From positions 32,001 to 96,000 of the IMG/VR virus record IMGVR_UViG_3300017769_000001: a stretch of DNA of 64,000 nucleotides, one strand, 5' to 3'. Position numbers and translations under genes: made by a program. Shown piece after piece: positions 25,807-34,366 of the stretch. Positions within the stretch are counted from its first letter, which is position 1. Each line of letters opens with the position of its first letter. The notes below the pieces were generated by a model that was not told the origin of the DNA, searched no databases, and worked only from the letters and a program-made list of their open reading frames with translations. The stretch comes from a virus.

Positions 25807-25923
25807 CTAGAAGCCCTTAATCTCTACCTCGCGATCACTCCAAATATTAAAGCCGAGCGACATCGCGGGATTATGATATCCCTTTGCCGGTTGTGCTTTT
25901 GTGTTGGAGTTCATAGTAAACAT
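25807..25923 (-). CDS. 38-aa leader peptide of the tRNA operon (not in ORF track)
   Basis: MFTMNSNTKAQPAKGYHNPAMSLGFNIWSDREVEIKGF*; 19 different amino acids; last codons complementary to the terminator 5' arm. Confidence 0.75.
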   Translation of the reverse strand: MFTMNSNTKAQPAKGYHNPAMSLGFNIWSDREVEIKGF

Positions 25924-25987
25924 ACTTAAATTCTCTGAGTATTCCCTTAGTTAGTGTTGAAAAACTATCAAAATTTAGACCTACTGA

Positions 25988-26085
25988 AAAATTTTAGATA
26001 CCTCTGACTAGGAGTCGAACCTAGATCGAAAACGCGAAGCGAATTCCGGCATACCGTTAACCGCACCAAAGGCATCTAAAATTTT
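25988..26085 (-). ncRNA. tRNA mimic with ~19-bp extended acceptor helix
   Basis: AAAATTTTAGATGCCTTTG/CAGAGGTATCTAAAATTTT; CTAGG-TTCGACT-CCTAG. Confidence 0.6.
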
Positions 26086-26243
26086 ACCTGAATGAAGGAC
26101 TCGAACCTCCATATCTACATTACGTTGCACTGTCAGTAGAAAGGTAGCTTTCGCCATGAGTGCAGAGTCGCTTATTAGTATTACACGACCCATTCATATC
26201 GGCTTAGGCCACACCCCCGTATACCAGTTCCGGCAATTCAGGT
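26086..26243 (-). ncRNA. 158-nt tRNA-like RNA with a large insert in place of the anticodon arm
   Basis: ACCTGAAT/ATTCAGGT, D arm CCG-GAACTGGTATA-CGG, T arm GGAGG-TTCGAGT-CCTTC. Confidence 0.65.
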
Positions 26244-26244
26244 G

Positions 26245-27130
26245 TTGGGTTTCGCATTCAACGTAACGTACAAGTAGCCGGTATTACTCGTTACTATCAA
26301 ATGCAGCTCGTTCCTATTGTACTACTTTCTTGGTAATCCACCCACAGCTTCCCAAGTTTCTTTGCTCCCCGGCCTTTTCACGCTCCGCTTTCACGGCTAC
26401 GGTCGAATCTCCGGTTTAGATCCCAATCCAACCCTTTCCGGGTTTGGCTCTAAGGGATCGTTCTGCCTATTCTCTCTATTTAGATAGCCACAATTGGCTC
26501 TGTCATCTATGAATGGAGACATCAGGCTTCGCTCCAATTTTATGGTGACGGGTTCTTCCTGCCTAAACCGTGTGATTAGCACGTTCACCATCTTCGTTAG
26601 ATCCGCCTCTCAAGGTCGCAGACCAGTAACCAAACACGCTACTCTAATAGGCTTCAATCATCCGGATGGCCGTCCGTCGATTTTCCACCTGTCTGAGCCG
26701 AACATACCCCGATATGCCAACCCAGACCCCTTTCGGGATGAAACGACCCTTTCAGGCCGATCCATTAAACGCTTTCGAGTATACGCTTGTAACGAGTATT
26801 CGGGGATCACAATATTCATCCCTACGATGATAGCATGATCGAATGTTAGTCATACTTCCCAGAACCGTTACCTTAACTGGGTAAGGAAGTCCAGAAACCA
26901 ACTTGGCGGTTGGCTCTTAAACACCCTTTATACTGGATCGGCTTTGTGCGCCAACACAACTACCAATCCGACACCGTTGTTGGGAGTAACTCAGCCAACG
27001 ACTTCTAACCTCCCTAGTGCCCTCACTATAAACAACCGCCTAAGCAATCATTTATGAAGCCCGTATGTAAGACTCCAATTTTACCTCCGGTGATCTCGGA
27101 GGGTTTCACCGCCGGGTTCCCCCGACTGCG
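26245..27130 (-). ncRNA. Giant structured ncRNA (~885 nt), GOLLD/ROOL-like class
   Basis: No credible ORF, many GNRA-capped stems, complementary loops, dedicated promoter, next to tRNAs. Confidence 0.7.
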
Positions 27131-27136
27131 TAATCT

Positions 27137-27165
27137 ATTCTATTAAAGGCTCACTCCATTGTCAA
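27137..27165 (-). promoter_or_regulatory. sigma70 promoter of the giant RNA / tRNA operon
   Basis: TTGACA-17-TAGAAT; a second TTGACA-18-TATAAT lies at 27277-27248. Confidence 0.8.
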
Positions 27166-27304
27166 CACCTTTTTCGAATTTTTTCGTTGATTCGATTCAG
27201 AAGACTTATGCCATGCCTTGTCTGCTTCCTAAGATCAACGTTTGAAAATTATAAGCTCTAGTTAGTGTTCGTGTCAACCAAAATTTGAAGAAAATTTGAA
27301 AATT

Positions 27305-27637
27305 TTACGATCCCATTCGGATTGCACACTGAACAAGAAGATCTATCACATCCTTAATATCAAAGGCGAACGATATGTCGGATGCTCCGAAGTTCTTCTC
27401 AGTGAACTCAAACAGCTTCTCAGTTCTTCGCTCTACAACGAGACTCCCATTGGTCACACTCTTTCCGACGTCCAATGAAAGAACCCTGCCAATAAAGGCT
27501 GCAATTCTTGTTTCTGGCGTTACTTCTGAGATTAATGCAGACTCATGATATATACTAGCGATACGAGTTCCATTGAATCTGTCAACAACAGAAACCCAGC
27601 TACCACGCAGAACCAGTCTGTTGTTACTCATAACCAA
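27305..27637 (-). CDS. Hypothetical protein
   Basis: Operon packing. Confidence 0.6.
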   Translation of the reverse strand: MVMSNNRLVLRGSWVSVVDRFNGTRIASIYHESALISEVTPETRIAAFIGRVLSLDVGKSVTNGSLVVERRTEKLFEFTEKNFGASDISFAFDIKDVIDLLVQCAIRMGS

Positions 27638-27977
27638 TCTCGTCCAGACAATCTTCGATCATCTTGCATATAGCATCGGTATCAGGATCCGGATCTCTCA
27701 GCCGTTCTACGACTTCCTTAACCGTAGCAACCAACTGATGGTGGTTGTTTGCAGCCCTTACAATGTACTCCAGACGCTCCTGACGATTGTTGTAGATGTC
27801 GTCAAATCCGATTGCTTCTGGTACGATACAAACAACATTCCCATTCGAGTCCTTTATACTGGATGACGTTGTTCCGTATTCATCATCACAACAAAGGGTA
27901 TACGGTTCGTTTCCGATGTACTTTCCGCATTGTTTAAACATCCATGGAAGGCCGAGAATCTCTTCACTTTCGCTCAT
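27624..27977 (-). CDS. Hypothetical protein
   Basis: LPW..., YIVRAANNH..LV motif. Confidence 0.7.
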   Translation of the reverse strand: MSESEEILGLPWMFKQCGKYIGNEPYTLCCDDEYGTTSSSIKDSNGNVVCIVPEAIGFDDIYNNRQERLEYIVRAANNHHQLVATVKEVVERLRDPDPDTDAICKMIEDCLDEIGYE

Positions 27978-28146
27978 TCTGATTACCCTCAGTCTTGATT
28001 TTCAACAGCTGGTCTTCGAGATTCCATTCACGCTCGCTAACCAACTCTTCAGATAGCTTGATTTTGGCTATCAGTTTTCTCGCGACCACATCGTCGTCAA
28101 CTTCATCCATGACCATCTTACGAATTTCATCGAAGCTCTGCTTCAT
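27964..28146 (-). CDS. Hypothetical protein
   Basis: GAGG RBS. Confidence 0.55.
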   Translation of the reverse strand: MKQSFDEIRKMVMDEVDDDVVARKLIAKIKLSEELVSEREWNLEDQLLKIKTEGNQNERK

Positions 28147-28184
28147 GATTGTTTCGATGCCTCAATTGCGTTTTAGATTTCAAG

Positions 28185-28303
28185 TTAACCGGCACATTCG
28201 GGATCGAACCGGGACACCATCGAATGATTGTCGCTACTCAGTTAAGATGCTACCTCGTCTCCCTTGCAGAGTCAACAGCACATCAAAGCCAGTGGCCGGT
28301 TAA
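28185..28303 (-). ncRNA. Structured RNA with closing stem and T-loop hairpin
   Basis: TTAACCGGC/GCCGGTTAA; CGG-TTCGATC-CCG. Confidence 0.5.
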
Positions 28304-28305
28304 TA

Positions 28306-28432
28306 TGGCGTGTGATGGAAGGAGTCGAACCTTCGAACTAGCCACCCTCCACGAGAAGTCGTCCGCGCTTATGTCATAGTAGTCGAACCTACCCTTCTAC
28401 TACCGAGAAGCTCGGCGTGGAGATCATCACAC
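28306..28432 (-). ncRNA. 127-nt CCA-ending tRNA-like RNA with 8-bp acceptor stem and no canonical anticodon arm
   Basis: GTGTGATG/CATCACAC-G-CCA; GAAGG-TTCGACT-CCTTC; CTCCACG/CGTGGAG. Confidence 0.65.
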
Positions 28433-28500
28433 TGCAAAGGAGTCTCGTAAAACCCCTTTACAGTGTGATCCCGGAATTATCCGGGATACACTGACTGGCT

Positions 28501-28890
28501 TTAGTCTCCCTTGCGGAGTTTAACCAGCTCTTCGATTGGCATGTTGCGCAGTTCCTCGTTTTGCTTCTCAGCAATGATCTGGTCGATCAGCTGGTTCTTC
28601 TGACGAGTTTCCGCTGCTTTCAGACGGGAAGCTTCCTGATCCTTACGAATTCGGATCACTTCCTTTACGACATCCATCTTCAGGTTCAGAGTGCTGTCTG
28701 TTGATGGGGTGTCGTCGACGAAAGAAATCTCCCCGGATTCTTTGATCTCAGAATACAGATCAGAAGCAACACTCTGAAGAGAAGTCTTACCCTTCATCGG
28801 AATGTCGAACAGGTCTTCGGTAGTCAGAAGTCCTTTCTGAGTTGCGAAGCGGATCTTCTTCTGTGCTGCTTTCAGGAAAATGTCACTCAT
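28501..28890 (-). CDS. Conserved phage coiled-coil protein
   Basis: K.RF...KG.L..EDLFD.P, EISFV; usual partner of the upstream 671-aa gene. Confidence 0.8.
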   Translation of the reverse strand: MSDIFLKAAQKKIRFATQKGLLTTEDLFDIPMKGKTSLQSVASDLYSEIKESGEISFVDDTPSTDSTLNLKMDVVKEVIRIRKDQEASRLKAAETRQKNQLIDQIIAEKQNEELRNMPIEELVKLRKGD

Positions 28891-28901
28891 TTTATTGCTC
28901 C

Positions 28902-30917
28902 TTAAAATTTCACTTTGATTGTACGGTTGAACTTACCACTCACACGACAGATGATAGCATCTTTCTTCGTAGAAGAAAAGCCCAAACCACTAAGCTGATC
29001 TTCGGAGTGTTTCGCCTTCAGGCGAGATCCTAGAACCTCAAACACTTTACGGTGTTTGTTAAGGTCAACACTCAGGAACTCATTGTAGAATCCGCGAGCG
29101 TCTTCAGGGTTCTTACAGCCTTCCAGAATGAAGAAGGTATGTCGGTTGCCGATCCCCTTCTGACCGTCCCAGTAGTTCGGAGAATTCATCACCATAGAAA
29201 CCTTTCGGAAGTCATTTGACCGAATGCCCCAGAAATCCTTCGGCTTCTGGCTCGACTGAAGGTTGCTGATCATCTTCATTTCACCGGTACGGTGGTTGAA
29301 GTCGAACTCTGCTACCTTGATACGACCTTTCAGCTCCTGATCGTAACTGAATGTAAAAGTTTCACCATTACATTCAATCTCAACGGAGAACCCGTAGTCT
29401 TTCTTCTCCCGTTGACGGAACTGATGAACCACGACGACGTATCGCCCTGTCTCCATCTTACTGCGTTCAGGCCATGTGATATTCTCTACAGGACTCGGAA
29501 CAGTGAACGAAGCGTTCGCATCGACGTCAAGATTGCCACGTGTTTTTCGGTTCAATTCATCACCGAAGTAGATTTCATTGCCACTTGGCTCAATCACATG
29601 AAGATCGAGGTCATCTTTGTTGTCCCACGACAGAGAACAACGGAGATACCCATCGACCTTACCACCGGCCTTCTTCACTCGCTCTTTGATGGAGTCTGCA
29701 ACTTCACCGTTATACGACCATGAGAAGTTGTTATCCCACTTAAACATACACGGAGACGTCTTATCCACCGGGGCGATCAGGCTCATCAGGTTGTTTTCAT
29801 GTTTGTTTTCAACCATGACCTCAACAGATTCTGCCTTTGGAAGGATCGACTCCAGAAAATGATCAATCGAAACTTCTTCGATCTTATCGAAAGACTGTTT
29901 CTTGACAGCGGTGCTTGCGAGTTCTTCAAAGATCCCGCCTCCCATCGCAGGTTTGACGGATCGATCTGCAAACAACACGTTGTTGATTGTCAGGTCTTCT
30001 GCCGTTGCAAACCGACGGTTGAGAGATTCCTCCATCCCCAGCCGTGTCACCGTTTTTTCAGCTTCCTTGATCATTCCTTTCGTGATCAGAGCAGTCGGAC
30101 GGCGATAATTCTCCGGTGCCACTTTGGTCTCGAACGCCTTTACGGCTGTTTCCAGATCAACACCATCACTCAGATCAACCAGAAGCGTTCCGATGACAGT
30201 ATTCCGGATCCGAGCAGAGCCGCCCATCTTAACGGCATTCTCCCAAAGGAAGATATCTTTCTTCACTCGTGACCGAAGCTTTCCGTACTCAGCCTGCAAC
30301 CGAGACAGGGTTTCCAGAGTCGGCTTGTGCTCTTGACCTCGATACAGAGAATTCTGGTCGATTAATTCAAGAACCAGCTCGACAGATTCTTTGCTGATCT
30401 CTTCCAGACTGCGTTTCAGTACAGACTTCGTTTCCCGGACGTTTCCAGTCACAGACCCCGGATCTGCATTCACCAGACGACTTGGCAGTTTGTGACTGAA
30501 GTGCGTGAATCGGAATTCAGTACCAGAATCTTCGTCTTTAACGATTGATAATCCGGCAGCGCCGACGATGCTGTCATGGCAGAAGTAAAGGTTCGCAATT
30601 GGCTTGCTGAGAACGTACTCGTTCATCTTCTTCGCAACTTCTTCATAGAAATCGCCAGTCTTTACATCCCAGATCGTAAGCAGTTTGCCGTTATCGACAA
30701 CAACCATGTCGCCGATGTTTCGAACGAAGTGTTTGCAGCAGTTACAATCGTGTTCGGTGCGTTCACGGAACATCGGATTGGTTCCTTCCGGAAACGCAGA
30801 AAGATAAACTTCCCAGAGTTCATCGCGAGTAACGTCAACGCGAAATGCGGTTCCTTTTTTCAGGATATGAGAAACACGTGCGTCGACTGCGTTGCTGAAT
30901 CGTTTGAATTGATCCAT
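28902..30917 (-). CDS. Conserved large phage protein with a YfaP/DUF2135-like domain
   Basis: HDCNCCKHF, KVAP.NYRRP, LSW...DDLDLHV.EP, LDVD.N...PVENI.W. Confidence 0.75.
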   Translation of the reverse strand: MDQFKRFSNAVDARVSHILKKGTAFRVDVTRDELWEVYLSAFPEGTNPMFRERTEHDCNCCKHFVRNIGDMVVVDNGKLLTIWDVKTGDFYEEVAKKMNEYVLSKPIANLYFCHDSIVGAAGLSIVKDEDSGTEFRFTHFSHKLPSRLVNADPGSVTGNVRETKSVLKRSLEEISKESVELVLELIDQNSLYRGQEHKPTLETLSRLQAEYGKLRSRVKKDIFLWENAVKMGGSARIRNTVIGTLLVDLSDGVDLETAVKAFETKVAPENYRRPTALITKGMIKEAEKTVTRLGMEESLNRRFATAEDLTINNVLFADRSVKPAMGGGIFEELASTAVKKQSFDKIEEVSIDHFLESILPKAESVEVMVENKHENNLMSLIAPVDKTSPCMFKWDNNFSWSYNGEVADSIKERVKKAGGKVDGYLRCSLSWDNKDDLDLHVIEPSGNEIYFGDELNRKTRGNLDVDANASFTVPSPVENITWPERSKMETGRYVVVVHQFRQREKKDYGFSVEIECNGETFTFSYDQELKGRIKVAEFDFNHRTGEMKMISNLQSSQKPKDFWGIRSNDFRKVSMVMNSPNYWDGQKGIGNRHTFFILEGCKNPEDARGFYNEFLSVDLNKHRKVFEVLGSRLKAKHSEDQLSGLGFSSTKKDAIICRVSGKFNRTIKVKF

Positions 30918-30971
30918 TGTTATTCCTCTTTATTGAGTGTTCGTGAATGATAATGCAGTTTAAGGTGAAAG

Positions 30972-31232
30972 TCAAAGATCTTTGATCATTTCGTTCACAA
31001 AAGACTCTATAAGATGCTTTTTGAGTTCTTCTGCGTCGATTTCGGAAAGTTCTTTCGCCATTTTGTAAATGAGTTCCATATCGTAATCCCCCATAAACCC
31101 GAACGGATCTACCCGAGATTTCAACTCCAATACAGCCCTACACCGAACGACCCTATCAAACGAACTGGGTTCTACGTAGAATTCTACGCTGCTTTTTGAT
31201 ACATGGATTTTGATTTTATCGTTGTTACTCAT
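30972..31232 (-). CDS. Hypothetical protein (C-terminal Leu-helix group)
   Basis: Coupled ORF. Confidence 0.6.
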   Translation of the reverse strand: MSNNDKIKIHVSKSSVEFYVEPSSFDRVVRCRAVLELKSRVDPFGFMGDYDMELIYKMAKELSEIDAEELKKHLIESFVNEMIKDL

Positions 31233-31597
31233 AGCGCAATCTCCGCGTACGCAGCCAGAAACAAGTCACCCAACTCTCTTGGGGATGGTTTTGCATATAA
31301 CGGGCCTTTTCGGTTTTTCAAGTTGATAGTAATAAGGTATGTATTGAGGTTAAAAAGAGACCTCGCCTTATTACCCTTGTAACGCTTCTTTTCCGGGTAT
31401 CCCTTGTCAGAAAGGTCGTACATAGAGTTTATGATCTTTCCGATATAAACAGACAGATCACACGGAGCGTCTTTTATACTGAAGTACGGAGATATTTCTA
31501 TGTAGAATATCAAATCATTATTACTGCACTTGAACGCTGAAGATATTCGTATCTTCGGATTCTCATAGTCGTCTTTCGTCAACCTTAAAGTACCCAC
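31229..31597 (-). CDS. Hypothetical protein (C-terminal Leu-helix group)
   Basis: Coupled ORF. Confidence 0.6.
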   Translation of the reverse strand: MGTLRLTKDDYENPKIRISSAFKCSNNDLIFYIEISPYFSIKDAPCDLSVYIGKIINSMYDLSDKGYPEKKRYKGNKARSLFNLNTYLITINLKNRKGPLYAKPSPRELGDLFLAAYAEIAL

Positions 31598-31932
31598 ATT
31601 GCATACTCCGTTCTATCGGCTGTTCTCTCAAACTGAAGCTCTGCTCTTAATTCCACACGACTACACCCTTCAGTTATGTCGTATGGTTTCATCTCACAAA
31701 TTACTACATACGCGTTGACAATATAGCAATCATCGTGGACTTTGATGTAATCCAATCGTAATTTCTTTGACGTCAACGTCCGTATTAGATTTGGATCGGT
31801 TGTTGTTACTTCGCACTTTAACATCAGGTCAATCAATCCGTTTTTGTAATTTGGACTGACCGCCGAGTTTGATTCTGGCATAAATGCCCATTGTGTCTGC
31901 GGGTAACTATAATCCATACCATCCGACCTCAA
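31585..31932 (-). CDS. Hypothetical protein (C-terminal Leu group)
   Basis: Coupled ORF. Confidence 0.55.
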   Translation of the reverse strand: MRSDGMDYSYPQTQWAFMPESNSAVSPNYKNGLIDLMLKCEVTTTDPNLIRTLTSKKLRLDYIKVHDDCYIVNAYVVICEMKPYDITEGCSRVELRAELQFERTADRTEYAMWVL

Positions 31933-32184
31933 ATCGTTGCTTAGTCTGCCTGACTAGAGTGTTCATCTTTATATCGGAATATGGCGTCTCGGATGGCGAG
32001 CATGTGCTTGTACGCATCGCCATCACTGCGATGTGTGTCGAGTACCTTCGACACCGAAAGCCAAAAAATGAGTGAAGGGATGAACAAAGTGAAGATGAAA
32101 AGTAAAAGTGTCATTTCTGTAAGTCCTCGTTCAATGAGAAAGAATGGAATGCCCGCGATTTCTCTTCTTTGGTTTGTATTCTGA

Positions 32185-32622
32185 TTAGTCTTCCGACATG
32201 ATTGCGTCATGCGCACTAACAAGCATCCTATAAACGTGCTTGTTATAGATCCTGTAACGACCGAGAATCGGGTGCTGCTCTCCGACCCCATAATAGTCAT
32301 TGATGAACTTTGCAACAGCCCCAGACCGGGATATACCGGCGTCACAATGAACGTAGAAGTCTTTAACGTTCTCGTCCACAATCGCATCTACAACCTCCGT
32401 AACTAGGAAGTTCGCGTCCTCTACTGTCATTCCTTCTTCATCATCTTTGAAGACGAGCGTGAACCCTGAAGCGTTTGCGGATGCCATGAGTCCCATCATC
32501 TCATCAGCGTCGTCTTCCGTTGTGTTGATAGAGATGATGATGAGTCGGTCTTGATCGGACAAATCGTTGTCTCGAAGAAGATCGATTGCGCTCCCTCGGC
32601 TATTGAATGTTACGTTAACCAT
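32185..32622 (-). CDS. Dual-specificity / tyrosine phosphatase-like protein
   Basis: VHCDAGISRSGA (CX5R), N.HVYR. Confidence 0.85.
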   Translation of the reverse strand: MVNVTFNSRGSAIDLLRDNDLSDQDRLIIISINTTEDDADEMMGLMASANASGFTLVFKDDEEGMTVEDANFLVTEVVDAIVDENVKDFYVHCDAGISRSGAVAKFINDYYGVGEQHPILGRYRIYNKHVYRMLVSAHDAIMSED

Positions 32623-32819
32623 AATTGCACCGTTTCTCTGTTCTGACTATAGAACCGCGCTTAGAGATCATTTGGACTTTGCCGCCTCCCGCGATTGCAC
32701 ATTTTCGACACTCGTGTTCGAACGTCGCCTTTCCAATCTTCTTCGACTTTCCTTTGTAAACCTGAACGCCGTTACGGTATACAGTAACACGAAATTCAGG
32801 GAAAAGAAACCGAATCAAC

Positions 32820-33245
32820 TTACCAACGAACATTCGCGTACCACTCCCCATCCTTAAATTCATACAAGGCGGTCAGTGGTGCTTGTCCGCCATCAGTTCG
32901 AACCAGTTGGTGTTGAGTTCTGTTCCCGCACCCACGATATCCGAGTTTGTCGGTTATCTCCCAAGCAATTGGGCGACCGCCTTCGGTGTACCCATTACAA
33001 AACAGACTTCCGGTTGGATTGAACGGAAACTCTTTACACCCTTCAATCCTTCCGGTCGACACACCTATGGATATCAGTGTAACTCCGAACGACTTTGCAA
33101 CGTAGAGTATATCTTTGGTTCGGTTGACCGATTCCGTAAATTCCTTGTAAAACTTTGACTCATCTTCGAGAGTCTCCGGTTTCGTCCGCCTGTGTTCAGA
33201 TTCAAACCTTGATTCGAAAAATTCTTGAATAGGAACCAGTTTCAT
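32820..33245 (-). CDS. Hypothetical protein
   Basis: ATGA coupling. Confidence 0.65.
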   Translation of the reverse strand: MKLVPIQEFFESRFESEHRRTKPETLEDESKFYKEFTESVNRTKDILYVAKSFGVTLISIGVSTGRIEGCKEFPFNPTGSLFCNGYTEGGRPIAWEITDKLGYRGCGNRTQHQLVRTDGGQAPLTALYEFKDGEWYANVRW

Positions 33246-34006
33246 TTCTTTTTCCTTTTTGTCGGGGCTTTCTTGAAGCTCATGTCGTCGAATCCCTTAG
33301 CATCCCGCATGTCGGTGTCTGATATTTGGACAGGAGGAATCTGGTTTACACCGAGCACCCCGGTGATGAACATCGAGATATCCTGAAAGGCCGTATACGC
33401 ATCCACAACCTTGTAGAACCCGATATCCTTCAGTGACGGGTTGAGATACACTTCATCAGAAACGTCGCTTGGATGCATTGGAGGGTAGCAGTCTTTCAAC
33501 ATAGCATGGATGGGGGTTCTCTGAGATGGAATCACGAACACCGGAGTTTTTAGCTCATGAAAGATTTCCGGACACTCTTTCGGGAATCGATCAAAGAATC
33601 TCTCGGCGTCTCTTATGATTTCTTTTCTGGAGTGTCGTCTGGTGTTGTACGTGAACTCCGTATTAAGGTAGTCTTTGATCATCGCTTCACTCGGTTCATA
33701 GTGGAATCTCAGATCTCTTCCGTAATCATACACCGCTGTGTACACCGGATATATCTTACCACAGAACCCAACGAGATCGATAGCACCGGCAAATGCGTTC
33801 CGGAAATTCCTTTTATCCATCGATTCACCGATCAGATGTTCCAGCAGCGTTATTCGATTATTCTTGGAGTAGTATTCGTTTCTTGTCGGTAGATCTTTGT
33901 TCGGACGTTCGATCATTTCAAGGTTCCTGACATAGACAATGGTCTCATCAACACCCATCGATGCGCCGATATCGTAATAGTCTCGAAACTTTGAAATGAT
34001 CTTCAT
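33242..34006 (-). CDS. Conserved hypothetical phage protein
   Basis: MKIISKFRDYYD, GFCGK.YP, AFQ.I..F, KGFD..SFK. Confidence 0.8.
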   Translation of the reverse strand: MKIISKFRDYYDIGASMGVDETIVYVRNLEMIERPNKDLPTRNEYYSKNNRITLLEHLIGESMDKRNFRNAFAGAIDLVGFCGKIYPVYTAVYDYGRDLRFHYEPSEAMIKDYLNTEFTYNTRRHSRKEIIRDAERFFDRFPKECPEIFHELKTPVFVIPSQRTPIHAMLKDCYPPMHPSDVSDEVYLNPSLKDIGFYKVVDAYTAFQDISMFITGVLGVNQIPPVQISDTDMRDAKGFDDMSFKKAPTKRKKK

Positions 34007-34016
34007 GATTACCTCG

Positions 34017-34364
34017 TCAGATTTTGAACTTTTTTGCGATCTCTTTCATCAGATCTGGGTTGTAGAATTCGCTTCCGATAATCTCATCATGGATTCGAAT
34101 CAAGCAGTCCACAAGAGAACCCGCGAATTTTGTTACTTCTTCGGTCAGACTGTCATCCTCTATAAAAGACATCCCAAAGTCAATCGTCGGCAATGACAAT
34201 GCAATCAATGCCGCGTCTGATGGCGAGATACCTTTCGTTTTTTGAATGATCGCATCTGCAACCGCGTTCGTGAAGATTACGATCTGGGAGCAGTAAAGAG
34301 AATCCAGAATCCGATGATTGGATTCTGTAGCTTCAACCAATTGCTTTTTGATTCCATCAATCAT
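34017..34364 (-). CDS. Hypothetical protein
   Basis: Operon packing. Confidence 0.6.
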   Translation of the reverse strand: MIDGIKKQLVEATESNHRILDSLYCSQIVIFTNAVADAIIQKTKGISPSDAALIALSLPTIDFGMSFIEDDSLTEEVTKFAGSLVDCLIRIHDEIIGSEFYNPDLMKEIAKKFKI

Positions 34365-34366
34365 CT

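Noticed and set aside
25988-26243. YrlA Y RNAs or tmRNA
   Set aside because: Arm order is D-middle-T rather than the permuted YrlA order; no Ro60 gene here; no tag ORF and too short for tmRNA
21036-26838. ORF-track entries overlapping tRNAs and ncRNAs (e.g. 21180..21488, 22148..22420, 22387..22818, 24114..24518, 24580..24834, 26008..26193, 26494..26838)
   Set aside because: Spurious translations of structured RNA genes, with no RBS or protein motifs
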